DNA of 64,000 nucleotides from a virus, in the IMG/VR virus record IMGVR_UViG_3300037851_000950, positions 36,702 to 100,701 of that record, one strand, 5' to 3'. The notes beneath the pieces are model-generated. The model ran no database searches. It worked only from the letters and a program-made list of their open reading frames with translations, and was not told the DNA's origin. Position 1 is the stretch's first letter; the number at the start of each line of letters is the position of its first letter. The position numbers were made by a program, and so were the translations under genes. Below, piece by piece: positions 19,401 through 28,928 of this stretch.

Positions 19401-21310
19401 ACAAGAAAGGGAATAAATACAAAGTGCCGTGGTTGTGGGCGGAAGACAGTCCTGAGTTCAAACGACTTACGGTTGCTCAACGTGCGGCAATCAAATTCTT
19501 CAATGATCAGGTTCAACTCGCAGCTCCCGGTAAATGGCAGAGAGGGCAGATTCCGATCATTCGCACATCATCATCCACAAAATGGTTTCGGGCAAAATCG
19601 TCCCTGGGAAAGGGTGACTTCAGAAGTGCCGCCGCCAATACGAACGAAGCAGTAAAGATCTTTTGGGATTATGCTGCAGAGCGCGGTAACTTCAGAACGC
19701 TCGATGACGATCGTTCTTTTCAGGATGTTGCTTACGACCAGTTTGGAGGACAGACATACGTTGAGAACGGAACGATCAATTTCAATTCACAATCGCTAAA
19801 GCAAATCGGCCTCGACCCTCAGTTAAATCTCATTGACGGGGCTCTCAATACTGACTTTGAAACCGATCTTGAGAAAGTAATCACTCTGTTCAGGAGTCAT
19901 TACATCAAAAAGACTGAGATGGACAAAGCGTTGCCTATCTATCAGATATATCGGTCCATATTCAAGTATTACGAACTGGCGCACGGGTTCAAGCAAACCA
20001 ACACGATTCGAATGATGGACGAGTACGTCAACGATCTTGTGTTCAACACCAAGGTTGCTGAAGATGCTGCGTTGTCCAAAGCAATGAACGTGTCTATGCG
20101 TCTGGCCTCTATGGCCCTTATCGGTTTCAACCCGAACGTATTTCTCGGCAACACGCTTCAAATGTGGCTTGCCTCGACCACAGACGCTCTCACCAACACG
20201 ATTACCTCAGATCCCAGATTCCCGGGAGTAAAAAGCTGGGCAAAGGCAACCGGAATCATGACCGCGGCCATGAAGGACACAGCGGAAATGACAAAGCTTA
20301 CACTGTTGCGTCAGAAGTACTTGCCTGAAGATCTCTCGGTCCTTATAGGGGAGAAACACCAGAAGACTGCACGCGGTCTGATCAACGAACAGCTTGCTTA
20401 CGCTCTTGACAGAAGCATGGAGGTCGGTGTTCGTACGCATCATTTGGTCGCTCAGATGGTGAAGGACGGTACTTATGATGCTCACTACGTTACCCGTGAG
20501 AAAGGCGAGGATGGAATTGAACGCTGGGTTGTCAAATATGACAAGAACAAAGACCCTCGTTTCAGTGGTGAAGACGGTAAGCTGTTTTACGATGCTCTCA
20601 AGAAGTCGATGCGTGAAAAAGGCGAGCTTGACGCTACCGGCGAAATCACCGGCGCTTACGATTGGCATTTGCGCGAACGTCTGAAAGCTTACATCAACCA
20701 GGGCATAGGTACTTTTGACCGGGATCTTGCATCTCCCTGGGCACGTCACTCGCTCATGTTTGCAATATCCCAGTTCCGCAACTGGTTTACTCAACGCTTT
20801 CAGCGGATTACCAAACTACCCTATGATGCAGAGATCATGGGCGATTACAAGAAAGTCAATGACGAAGTTGTATGGTCGAGCGAACCGATGAAGGGTTTGC
20901 TCTGGACTCTTTCGGATATGCACTCGATTGTGAAGAAAGCTGCCAAAGGTGAATGGAAAGAAGTTTCTCAAACTGATAAACGAAATCTGACGTACATGAG
21001 CATATCAACAGGAGCGGCTCTGGTTTTGTTTGCTCTCTCTGTCGCTTTGCTTGAAGATGATGATGATGAAGACTACATACGATTCAAAGTTATTACCAGC
21101 AACAACATTGCTGACTTGATGTCTTTTGTAACTGCTGGTCCTTATGGTACAATTCTGACAAGTCCTGCTGTGTTTGCCTCTTACTTCTCCAGAGTATTTG
21201 ACAACATGGGGCAAGCAATCGTTTATGGATTTGATGGAGATACCGAAGAAGCCTGGAGAAAAGCAAAAGAAGTAATACCGATTGTAAACCGTTTCCCTGA
21301 ATCAGAATAA
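16499..21310 (+). CDS. Large ejection protein: ART-PolyVal-like N-terminal domain + PD-(D/E)XK nuclease domain + helical body with C-terminal membrane helix, 1603 aa
   Basis: ATG at 16499 overlaps the RNAP TGA. ART-PolyVal signature: APNG..S.L, FKTWFGDWE, LDENWEPKIFWHGT, FTTDRESAEDYA, VYPVYL, SIKSIENDGNYS. RecB/Cas4-type nuclease motifs: GTKYH, AGTIDLL, IYDLKT, YALQTAYY. Hydrophobic helix STGAALVLFALSVALL near the C-terminus. Confidence 0.75.
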   Translation: MACIEKYKAPNGEFSHLHAQLVDQLGSWRGDHAYLEIHDEAFKTWFGDWESEYGLRNRGNKNAGTFNRSEGPGEPVPYPSLDENWEPKIFWHGTNTDKIKSFNQEENNFTTDRESAEDYAREMALLKGGSPKVYPVYLRIRQRDLRAGHIKINGDRVIVTADARDSIKSIENDGNYSKWGKIFESSIKEEQPEMDPKKLRLKLIDSAALIQAPTGENANFYGYQGKSLDRTSTKVDKYVRYRGDESGKAYSDVGTKYHKIMELLVNGASPEHIGDLSNELVRAGFPPIDDKIEGAFIREMWYEIQELRKTGELIAEFRAARIDKGYAGTIDLLYIDKKTGKARIYDLKTAHETPWKKNPPEGTNMTKDVWSISDFNYYKAERYALQTAYYEDLISAGDTVTDRPPLQVEGIFVMPTEVKYDDQGNVALVRLLPTENVKQWSRGSGRSFYSNAVRQVKNDLENQEIAEGFKGRPTGLGDSGNFLRQALGAHIDSTEALDARATNFVERNSDEKTFTLMDEKPVAWRSDNKQDRIAQVKELFIRMDQNHAGNMTSGVETFFGGEFRNPKASSAGSMFTLKHNTVTKEGAITVTYARSYRLHSILNYSNAKNVIKLSTIKGFEQYSDVMLVHRGDGAYDLLTFTNIPHYTRFDVKNKDKNFTRKLRVDGDSIYGNHFSPYTSENLGVTLQNNFGDFTRMRLGLIALELQKENPSMNVNSIIVDYIADKSLTSPHGILLDQLTPQISHLNNIEAIKPIMPERIREVIGTARKSNLAAGDALAELNTFLQAELSEPFADKLSKQIDRFSRNEITRDELANELMNGVNGMRHYLRQKNLKSADVDQMKNLLSSDPYFMALARAWVVLKGMGFDPEKDVSDQFLGQITYWIKSPTATGRKTLDKFFDLFRQHVDNIKQEMQKFLHVKEPVFRDLVNEDPLVKRGIPVVDSHAGGSDAILAMTRSVMEPLIMTRLDKKGNKYKVPWLWAEDSPEFKRLTVAQRAAIKFFNDQVQLAAPGKWQRGQIPIIRTSSSTKWFRAKSSLGKGDFRSAAANTNEAVKIFWDYAAERGNFRTLDDDRSFQDVAYDQFGGQTYVENGTINFNSQSLKQIGLDPQLNLIDGALNTDFETDLEKVITLFRSHYIKKTEMDKALPIYQIYRSIFKYYELAHGFKQTNTIRMMDEYVNDLVFNTKVAEDAALSKAMNVSMRLASMALIGFNPNVFLGNTLQMWLASTTDALTNTITSDPRFPGVKSWAKATGIMTAAMKDTAEMTKLTLLRQKYLPEDLSVLIGEKHQKTARGLINEQLAYALDRSMEVGVRTHHLVAQMVKDGTYDAHYVTREKGEDGIERWVVKYDKNKDPRFSGEDGKLFYDALKKSMREKGELDATGEITGAYDWHLRERLKAYINQGIGTFDRDLASPWARHSLMFAISQFRNWFTQRFQRITKLPYDAEIMGDYKKVNDEVVWSSEPMKGLLWTLSDMHSIVKKAAKGEWKEVSQTDKRNLTYMSISTGAALVLFALSVALLEDDDDEDYIRFKVITSNNIADLMSFVTAGPYGTILTSPAVFASYFSRVFDNMGQAIVYGFDGDTEEAWRKAKEVIPIVNRFPESE

Positions 21311-21321
21311 ACCTAACCAGT

Positions 21322-22026
21322 ATGGCACTCGAATTATCCTCTTCATTTACTTTCTCCAAAACCGGAAAAAGCATTTTTGTAAAAGATGCGACCGGGGAGT
21401 ATAACGCCACTACCAATCCTACGGGTTGGGGAACGCCTAACCAGAATCTTAACGAGAGCTGTCTGGTGTGCCTTGTGTCGCGCAAGGATAGCGGCGGAGA
21501 TCAGATCTCCGGACCGATCTCTCCCTCTGCTCATTTTGTTTACGATGCTCTGGCGACGAACGCTACTGAAAAGAGCTTCGAGATCGAGTGGATCAATGAC
21601 GGAGTTGTTGACGTGGTGCTTGTCCGGCTTCCGGTAACGCTTGATGGTACAAACTATGTCGATACCGGAGTAGTTACTGAAGGTGATTTCTACTACTATA
21701 ACGGAGACGTATATCAGTTTGTCGATAGTGTTGGAGTCCTGGTAGAAGATTGGTCTGTTTTGATTACAGAAGGTGGTCTGATCCGAGATATCTGCAACGA
21801 CGTAGCTACACCGATGCTGGCCATCAAGGCCCAGGAAATCTACAAACAATATGTTGATGAACGTGAGAAAGATCCCGACGACGCTCTGCCCATTTTGCAG
21901 GAGTTTCAGAAACTCCAGGCCGATATCCAGGGACTCTACTATACCTTCTGGTCTGGACTCACTGTCCAAGCACAAAACCAGATTGAAGATCTTCTTGACA
22001 AATACGAGATTGTGAACAACTATTAA
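21322..22026 (+). CDS. Tail structural protein, possibly tail hub/fibre-attachment, 234 aa
   Basis: First gene of the tail block. Beta-rich N-terminus with DATGEYNATTNPTGWGTPN and a helical C-terminus. Function inferred from position. Confidence 0.45.
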   Translation: MALELSSSFTFSKTGKSIFVKDATGEYNATTNPTGWGTPNQNLNESCLVCLVSRKDSGGDQISGPISPSAHFVYDALATNATEKSFEIEWINDGVVDVVLVRLPVTLDGTNYVDTGVVTEGDFYYYNGDVYQFVDSVGVLVEDWSVLITEGGLIRDICNDVATPMLAIKAQEIYKQYVDEREKDPDDALPILQEFQKLQADIQGLYYTFWSGLTVQAQNQIEDLLDKYEIVNNY

Positions 22027-22027
22027 G

Positions 22028-22864
22028 ATGAGCTGCGAGGATAAGAAATACTTTGGCAACATGATTCCTCTTACCGGCGATACCGGTCAGAAAGATGTCG
22101 TTCTTGTTGCTGGAAACGGAATTAAGATTCTGGATCTCTCTACTGCAGAGGAGTATAAATTCAAATTCTCGACTAAGCCTGTGGTGAATCTTACGACAGA
22201 TCTCATTCTGGTTGCCAAGGCTGCGGGTGTAACGAAAACTTCCCCCATTCTTAAAGGAACGGTGATTGATCGCTTTGAACTTTCCTGGTCCTATAACAAG
22301 ACTGTTGTTTCTCAAACGCTTACCAATACCGGAGGTCTTACCCCACCTACGCTTGCCCCTGAAGATACCAGCGCTTTGTATACCGGGCAGAATGTAATCT
22401 CGAATATGAGTTTTACAATAGAGGGTAATGACGGAGAAGCACAACCGGGATCTATTGCATCTGATGCCGAATCAATCACATTTGGAAACTATATGTGGAT
22501 TGGTGCGGGAGCCAGCAAGATCAATGCGGCAACTTCATCGCTGGAGGCTTTTCTCGAATCTCTTACCGGCACAATCAAGACTTCGCGTTCACATACGTAC
22601 TATGCCACAGGCGGAGTAAACCAGAAGCACTTCGTTGCTTACCCTGCAGCTTGGGGTCTTGCAAACTTCTTCAAAGACCCTTTCTATGGCGGTTACGTTC
22701 GACTTAAAAACGTGGCAGGCACGCTGAAGTCTGTACTGGGAATCGGTGATGTGGAGACTTCAATTCTTATCACCAACAGCGCAGGTCATCAGGAAGCCTA
22801 CTACGTGTATGAGTCCGAATACGACAATCAAGCAGATCCCTCAACCCCATTTGTAATTGTATGA
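22028..22864 (+). CDS. Tail/fibre-associated structural protein, 278 aa
   Basis: T/S/G-rich beta protein. The C-terminal domain (HFVAYPAAWG...YYVYES) resembles the C-terminal domain of 27972..28928. Confidence 0.5.
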   Translation: MSCEDKKYFGNMIPLTGDTGQKDVVLVAGNGIKILDLSTAEEYKFKFSTKPVVNLTTDLILVAKAAGVTKTSPILKGTVIDRFELSWSYNKTVVSQTLTNTGGLTPPTLAPEDTSALYTGQNVISNMSFTIEGNDGEAQPGSIASDAESITFGNYMWIGAGASKINAATSSLEAFLESLTGTIKTSRSHTYYATGGVNQKHFVAYPAAWGLANFFKDPFYGGYVRLKNVAGTLKSVLGIGDVETSILITNSAGHQEAYYVYESEYDNQADPSTPFVIV

Positions 22865-23148
22865 ACCTTTTTGCTCACGAATATGCTTTGGTTCTCTACG
22901 GTGTGATCATTTATCAGATCGCCCAGCATCTGGCTCAGAAACTTCCTTTGAGTGAAAGAATGAATCTCATCGGAAGATCTATGATTTGGGGCGGAATGGT
23001 AGTTGTGTTTGATGATGAGATTGCTGATTCTCTACTCGAATATGGTGTAGACCTTTGGCACGATGACGGAGAAACCATTGTTTGGTATTTCTATCTGGGT
23101 ATTGGATTCGCAATCGACATTATAAGGAACAAAATTACGAAGCAATGA
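22861..23148 (+). CDS. Small integral membrane protein, 95 aa
   Basis: ATGA-coupled at both ends. Two to three hydrophobic segments: YALVLYGVIIYQIA, MIWGGMVVVF, IVWYFYLGIGFAIDII. Confidence 0.55.
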   Translation: MNLFAHEYALVLYGVIIYQIAQHLAQKLPLSERMNLIGRSMIWGGMVVVFDDEIADSLLEYGVDLWHDDGETIVWYFYLGIGFAIDIIRNKITKQ

Positions 23149-26100
23149 GCTTGGAAGGTAAAATACAGATACAATCGACTCTCGTTCCGACGAACGATAA
23201 CCCGCGCATGCCGGTTACTGAGGTGAAGTACATTAAAGGTGCTCCTCAGATATTCTCTTCGATTGCAGAGCTTGTTGAATTTCATCCTAACCGGATGATC
23301 AAAGGGATGACTGCGACCATCTCAGGATGGCCGGGCATCAACGATGTAAGTCATCTCATTCTGAAATCAGATCCAGCTTTGCTGGTTGACTCTAATGGTG
23401 ATTCCATCATTACCGAAAACAACTTCAACCAGTACTGGGACATTGACGATCAGACCACGGCTTCTCAGATCCGAGTCAGACAGTATGCCCCTGATAGCGC
23501 TGGAGGAGGTGCCCCCGTGTATCCGTATACTCTTGTAGAAGAAGTGAACTGGAAGAATACTTTTGATCCTAACCAGGGTCACAAGTGGATGCGTATGCGC
23601 GATGACGACGTTGATGACAACGCAGATGGTATCTTCGATAACTGGACGGCTCCTATTGCCATTGTCAACGCATTTACTTCCGGCGATTACATCGACAAAC
23701 GCTTCAAGCGCGAAGGCACGCCGGCATCTTTCAATTCCCAGATTACATCTGAGGGTGGATTGACTGTCGACAACTATTACGTTGTTGATGAAGATGATCT
23801 GGAAGTCACCGGCAACTTGTCGCTTATTGATATTGGCGAAGTCACTACCAGCGGAACAGTTGTCCTCACGTTGGGTCGGGTATTCAAATACGTATCTGGA
23901 CTGACCTACAATTTTAACTACGGAATGGGCGCTGGTAAGCTTCGTAGGATCATCAAGACTCCTCCGCGTACGGTAACTGGCACGCCGAACAACGAGCCTT
24001 CCGGATGGTTCGATACCCCTCCTGTCGGCACAGATCAGCTCTGGGAGATCTCCGGTCAGAAATCGGTTTACGGCCAGCTCAAAAGTGACTGGCTTCTCAA
24101 GAAGGTTGTTGAAGATCCCAATTACACCCGTTACTCGAATTCACCCTCCCCCCACCCCGACACTCTTTGCGGAGTGAACGAGTCTGCAGCCACATCGTCC
24201 GCGGCCGATCTGCGCTTGGTTGCTGCAGGTTGGAACTCGGAATACACCGGCGAAGAAGCGTTCATTGCCAGGCGCACGGGTGGATCTCCGCCTTATTCTG
24301 CGTGGCTGGTAGAGAAGATCTCCGAGGAATCCGGCGAGTACGTTGACCGGGTATTCAAGCTTTTTGACATGAACCTGGATGCGGATGGCTATGTCATTGC
24401 CGCACCTACCGACAGCGATGCTACCCGCGAGGGCTGGAGTGATGCTCCTCTTCAGGAGACTGCAACTCAGATCAACTTTGTGTCTGAGGCGCGTAAGTTC
24501 TTCGATGGTACATTGAAGACTGCTTGGTCTCAACCCGTACCCTTTACCGGGAAAGATGTCTTTACCGACGTCATCGAAAGCATTCCTGCCGATAACTTTC
24601 GCTACGATGGTGCGGGCAACGTAACTCCTTCAGAAATTACACTTACGGCCAAACTCTACAAAGGAGTCACCAAGCTCTGGGAAGAATTTGGCGTTACTAT
24701 CTCGTACGCCTGGAAGATTGTCTACAACGATGGCAACATTGTTGACATTGCATCTACCAGCAATCCTGCGGATGATTTCTACACCCCGGCTGTCACTGGT
24801 TCAGGCATCGCTGATTCCGGAGGTTCGAATACTGTTATCAATGACGCTCTTGGTGACTTTGTAAGCAAAGGCGTACTGGCAGGTGACAAAATCTGGAATG
24901 TCACGGATGGTTCTTATGCGACAGTAGTTACCGTAAACTCGGCCACCCAAATCACAACAACCGGACTTACCGGCGGAGCAGACAATACATTCTCCAGCGG
25001 AGATGTGTATTTCCTCCAGGTTGACAATTATGTCCGTGCGAATCAGGTAGCCATTATCAAGCCAGGAGCAATTACCGGCGCTGCTACCGTTCGCTGCATA
25101 CAGACGATCACCATGACCGAAGCTTCAAACCTGGTGTTTGAGGAAGAGATTTCTCTCATCGATGTCACCGATGGAAAAGATGCCAAAGCCCTCACGATTA
25201 CTGCTGATAATTACCGGTTTCTCTACGATTCTACCGGCCTGGTCTTCTCGCCGCTGAATCTCGTTCTCCGCGCATATCATTCAAATCTGCCAGGTGTTAC
25301 CCTCTATTGGTACTACTGGAACGGTTCTGCCTGGGTACAAATCATTTCCGGGGTAAACAACTACACGATTTCCGGTAACGTGTTGAGTTCGACTGCGGCG
25401 AATCGATTCCTGGCTGACAGTTCTCATCAGGAAATTCGGTATGCGGTGTCTACTCTTGGGCCTGCGGGTAATCCGGACGCTGCGGATTATGAAGACAGCT
25501 TTTCCGATTTCCTCACCATTGCAAAACTGTCGGCCGCAAACGTGGGTGTGAATGGAGAAGACGCGTTGAATGCCACTCTTTCCAACGAAGCCCACACTGT
25601 TGTACTTGACAGCGCTACAACTGTTCCAGCCACTGGGGAAGTTGCTAAAGCAACCACTCGAATTGCTGTTTACGAGGGTAATGTCAAGCTTGACTACCAT
25701 CTGGCGGAATTCAGTATCGCACTGGGAGGCGGAGAGTCGACTTATTTTGCGGTCACTGATCCCAATGATGCTACTGGCGATGCCGTAGTATCCTTGATCG
25801 ATTCTTCCTGGGTCGCAGGGGTACGTTCTTACCAAGCACATCTGGCCATAACCTACGGCGGGATAACACTCAACAAAGTGTTCTCGCTGTCTTCTACACT
25901 GGATGCTCCTGGAGCGATAATCCTCGACATCGATTCTGATAAAGGATTTGTATTCACCCCGACCGACAAGAGTAACAAAACGCTTACCGCCAAGCTGTAC
26001 AACTCGGCCCTTTCCGGCGACCAATCCATCACTCTTCCGGGGGCATACTACTTCCAATGGGTTGTGGGTGGAGTAACTTCTGGTTGGTCAAATGCTGCGG

Positions 26101-27479
26101 GCGCTCATCAAAAAGTTGTTACTCAGGCCAACATTCTCACTTCAGCCAATGTCACGGTACGGATTTCGACTTCCGTTTCCGGTACACCTATCTATCGCGA
26201 GCGTACTATCTCTTTGTCCGACGTTATAGACGGAAGAGCTTATCGCGCATGGACGGAGACTGATCCGGGAGCAAACATACTGACTACTCAAAATCCAACT
26301 TTGGGTACGTCTGGTAACTTTGTGGGGGGTGTTGCCAAAGCGCTTGACCCTATCACAGGTACTCAGGAATGGAGACTTCAAGGAGATAGTTACTGGAACA
26401 CGCACAGTCCTTTGTATTCGCAAGATGCTTACGTTGACCCCAATACCGGGAATTGGGCATGGACTCCCAAGTATCGAATAAAAGGTGAACAGGGAGATCA
26501 GGGTGGGGCCGGTCACTTCCAGTACGCTATGTACAAAGCGACTTACCGCATCATGGCGTCGCAAACAACACTTGCTGCATTCGCAGCAGCTTCGGGAAGT
26601 TATACATTCACGAAAGGCAGTGTGATCTACCTCAACGCACCCGGGCCCGCTTACTACTACAACGGTGGTACAAAGACCCTTGTAGGCAGCTACGATACTA
26701 CCTTGGTGCCTCCGGATTTTGCTAATGGAAACTCCGATACTGCAACACTTGCGCAGATGATCGGAACAGGAACAGCATATGCTGACTGGTTCTCTCGCCC
26801 GCCAATATCAGGAGTTATTTGGAAAACCGAACGTCTTTGGAATGGCGAGGGAGTATCGTTTAATGTCAACGGAGATCCCGTCGGTGCTATTGAAGTAAGC
26901 GGTAGTAAGTGGGCAACTCCTGTAAAAATAACATCTCTTGACGGAAGCGGATTTAAAGGAGATGTTGGAGATGTTGGTCCAACTGGTCCTCAAGGTCCAA
27001 CAGGAGCAACCGGTCCTGCAGGTCCAGCAGGAGAAACCTTTTTTAAAGTATTGTTGAATCATGATGCCATTACAGGAGAATTAGCAACCCCTCGAATCTT
27101 TCCTTCTTTTAACCTCCAGTCGGTTTATCAATACGATTCAACTATTAATGGATGGTACAACAATACTGGTAAAAATGTATATGTAAAAGTAGAACTCACC
27201 GTTCGCATTCGATCCATTAATAGTGGAACAAATATAATTGGAATTGCAATTCTTGATACTTATCTCAACGGTAGCTTTCAAAAACAAATACAAACAAGAC
27301 AATCAATACTTGGGGGAGGATCATATAATACAGGACAGGATCTGTTTGTAAGTTACATTCAACAAGTCAATGCCGGGCAGACACTGGGGTTTAAAGGATC
27401 TGCAAGTGTATATGGAGGTGTAGCAGCGGTTTGTAATCAAACCCCTCATTGGAGCGTGTATATAATCTCAGAAGTATGA
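23145..27479 (+). CDS. Long tail fibre with collagen-like segment and C-terminal beta domain, ~1444 aa
   Basis: Likely start ATG 23145 (ATGA overlap) rather than track start 23082. Gly-X-Y run GDVGDVGPTGPQGPTGATGPAGPAGE at ~26958-27035, repeated DG-K/R-A/D linkers and Ig-like beta segments. Confidence 0.75.
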   Translation: MSLEGKIQIQSTLVPTNDNPRMPVTEVKYIKGAPQIFSSIAELVEFHPNRMIKGMTATISGWPGINDVSHLILKSDPALLVDSNGDSIITENNFNQYWDIDDQTTASQIRVRQYAPDSAGGGAPVYPYTLVEEVNWKNTFDPNQGHKWMRMRDDDVDDNADGIFDNWTAPIAIVNAFTSGDYIDKRFKREGTPASFNSQITSEGGLTVDNYYVVDEDDLEVTGNLSLIDIGEVTTSGTVVLTLGRVFKYVSGLTYNFNYGMGAGKLRRIIKTPPRTVTGTPNNEPSGWFDTPPVGTDQLWEISGQKSVYGQLKSDWLLKKVVEDPNYTRYSNSPSPHPDTLCGVNESAATSSAADLRLVAAGWNSEYTGEEAFIARRTGGSPPYSAWLVEKISEESGEYVDRVFKLFDMNLDADGYVIAAPTDSDATREGWSDAPLQETATQINFVSEARKFFDGTLKTAWSQPVPFTGKDVFTDVIESIPADNFRYDGAGNVTPSEITLTAKLYKGVTKLWEEFGVTISYAWKIVYNDGNIVDIASTSNPADDFYTPAVTGSGIADSGGSNTVINDALGDFVSKGVLAGDKIWNVTDGSYATVVTVNSATQITTTGLTGGADNTFSSGDVYFLQVDNYVRANQVAIIKPGAITGAATVRCIQTITMTEASNLVFEEEISLIDVTDGKDAKALTITADNYRFLYDSTGLVFSPLNLVLRAYHSNLPGVTLYWYYWNGSAWVQIISGVNNYTISGNVLSSTAANRFLADSSHQEIRYAVSTLGPAGNPDAADYEDSFSDFLTIAKLSAANVGVNGEDALNATLSNEAHTVVLDSATTVPATGEVAKATTRIAVYEGNVKLDYHLAEFSIALGGGESTYFAVTDPNDATGDAVVSLIDSSWVAGVRSYQAHLAITYGGITLNKVFSLSSTLDAPGAIILDIDSDKGFVFTPTDKSNKTLTAKLYNSALSGDQSITLPGAYYFQWVVGGVTSGWSNAAGAHQKVVTQANILTSANVTVRISTSVSGTPIYRERTISLSDVIDGRAYRAWTETDPGANILTTQNPTLGTSGNFVGGVAKALDPITGTQEWRLQGDSYWNTHSPLYSQDAYVDPNTGNWAWTPKYRIKGEQGDQGGAGHFQYAMYKATYRIMASQTTLAAFAAASGSYTFTKGSVIYLNAPGPAYYYNGGTKTLVGSYDTTLVPPDFANGNSDTATLAQMIGTGTAYADWFSRPPISGVIWKTERLWNGEGVSFNVNGDPVGAIEVSGSKWATPVKITSLDGSGFKGDVGDVGPTGPQGPTGATGPAGPAGETFFKVLLNHDAITGELATPRIFPSFNLQSVYQYDSTINGWYNNTGKNVYVKVELTVRIRSINSGTNIIGIAILDTYLNGSFQKQIQTRQSILGGGSYNTGQDLFVSYIQQVNAGQTLGFKGSASVYGGVAAVCNQTPHWSVYIISEV

Positions 27480-27970
27480 CATACGACGATTACATTGCGA
27501 ATTATCTCCGAGATGCTCAAGGCAGAATCGCCGAGTTATCTGTGGAAATGAATGAACTGGAAGACCAAGGGTCTTATCAGTATCGTAAACTTGTTCGCTC
27601 TCGAAGTGAGATAGCGGCTTTTATGAGTATTCTCTACGAAGGCAAGTGGCTTATTGACGGAGGATACAATCATATTCAAGTTGGAGAGGGTATGACATGG
27701 ACGGAGCGCGAAATAATCGAGGAAATTGAATACCTGCGGTACTTGCATAAAATGAATGAACTGCCATACATAACTTTTACGGCACACTACCCGAGAATAG
27801 CATCTATTATAAATGGTGGCGGGGCGGGTAGTGGAGTAGCAGCTGTTCCCGTCGGCACTTATGGACAACTAATGGGGTTTGACGGAGGGGGTGGGCCTGA
27901 AGCACAGGATATAAGTCCCTGGGCTGGTTATATCGATGGAGAATCAATAAACACTTATTTTAGTAGATGA
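27476..27970 (+). CDS. Tail structural/adaptor protein, ~164 aa
   Basis: Likely start ATG 27476 (ATGA overlap). Helical N-terminus, then a GGGAGSG linker and a short fibre-like C-terminus. Confidence 0.5.
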   Translation: MTYDDYIANYLRDAQGRIAELSVEMNELEDQGSYQYRKLVRSRSEIAAFMSILYEGKWLIDGGYNHIQVGEGMTWTEREIIEEIEYLRYLHKMNELPYITFTAHYPRIASIINGGGAGSGVAAVPVGTYGQLMGFDGGGGPEAQDISPWAGYIDGESINTYFSR

Positions 27971-27971
27971 T

Positions 27972-28928
27972 ATGAGCCTCCGACTGATCAAATACTTTCG
28001 CGGACCAACATTCACTGCCTCTGAATGGACAGTTGCTAATCCTGTCCTCGCCAAAGGTGAAATTGGATATGAGTTGAACGGTTCTTTGGTTACGGCTGCC
28101 AAGGTCGGCAACGGTGTGCTTGCGTGGAATGATTTGAGCTATCTGGGGGAGGACATCTACAATTACGTCGAGGAGGTAACCAATCCCATCGGAGATGCTC
28201 AAGGCTCTCTTCAGGGACTTACTGTCGCGGAGATCCTCAATAAGATGCTTTCTCCTTACGAGATCCCGACTTTTCAAAATATTCGCAACAATGCTCGCGG
28301 CGGATCTGATTATCAGAACATCGCCCTGATGGAGGTTGGCCAGGTAATTTCTGGTCCGGTATCGATTATCTACAATCTGCTGAATGCTCAGAATCTTTCC
28401 GGTTCTACACCAATCAATGTCACAGCAGCCGGCGTATTTGCAAACGAAGGCAACTTTGCCAACAGCGGTAACATTTCCCTCACTCTTGCTTCTCCGCTCA
28501 ATCCATCCACTCCTCTGACCATTACCATCACAATGAAGAACACCCATCTTCAAGGTATGACCGGAGGAGTGGATGCGACCACGCAAATCAAATATCGCGC
28601 TCGCGCAATGTGGGTATCTTCTGCTCTTACCGACATTCTTTCTGGTGCGACCTTCATGTCCCAGGCGAATCAGCAGTATTCGATTACCGATGACTACAAG
28701 CAGGATTACAGTTTCTATGGCAACGGGTATAGCTGGATTGCAATTCCTTCCATGCTGAATCCGACCAATGTGATTTTTACAGACGTCACTAATCCGAATG
28801 CGCCTGCCGATTATGCCATGGAAGCAAAGGGCACGCTTTCAATTAATAACGGAGTCGCTACTTACAACTATGTGTTGTATCGCTCTACTTATTTTCTCAT
28901 TAACCCAACTAAACTCAGAATATCGTGA
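27972..28928 (+). CDS. Fibre protein with Mtd_N (major tropism determinant/hyaluronidase N-terminal)-like domain, 318 aa
   Basis: N-terminus TASEWTVANPVLAKGEIGYE...KVGNGVLAWNDLSY matches the Mtd_N consensus (W...NPVL..GE.G.E.DT..K.GDG...WN.L.Y). Confidence 0.7.
   Translation: MSLRLIKYFRGPTFTASEWTVANPVLAKGEIGYELNGSLVTAAKVGNGVLAWNDLSYLGEDIYNYVEEVTNPIGDAQGSLQGLTVAEILNKMLSPYEIPTFQNIRNNARGGSDYQNIALMEVGQVISGPVSIIYNLLNAQNLSGSTPINVTAAGVFANEGNFANSGNISLTLASPLNPSTPLTITITMKNTHLQGMTGGVDATTQIKYRARAMWVSSALTDILSGATFMSQANQQYSITDDYKQDYSFYGNGYSWIAIPSMLNPTNVIFTDVTNPNAPADYAMEAKGTLSINNGVATYNYVLYRSTYFLINPTKLRIS

Noticed and set aside
27972-28928. Diversity-generating retroelement suggested by the Mtd_N-like domain
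   Set aside because: Mtd_N is a generic fibre N-terminal module. No reverse transcriptase and no template/variable repeat pair with adenine-specific mismatches was seen; repeat differences here are synonymous third-position changes of all base types.
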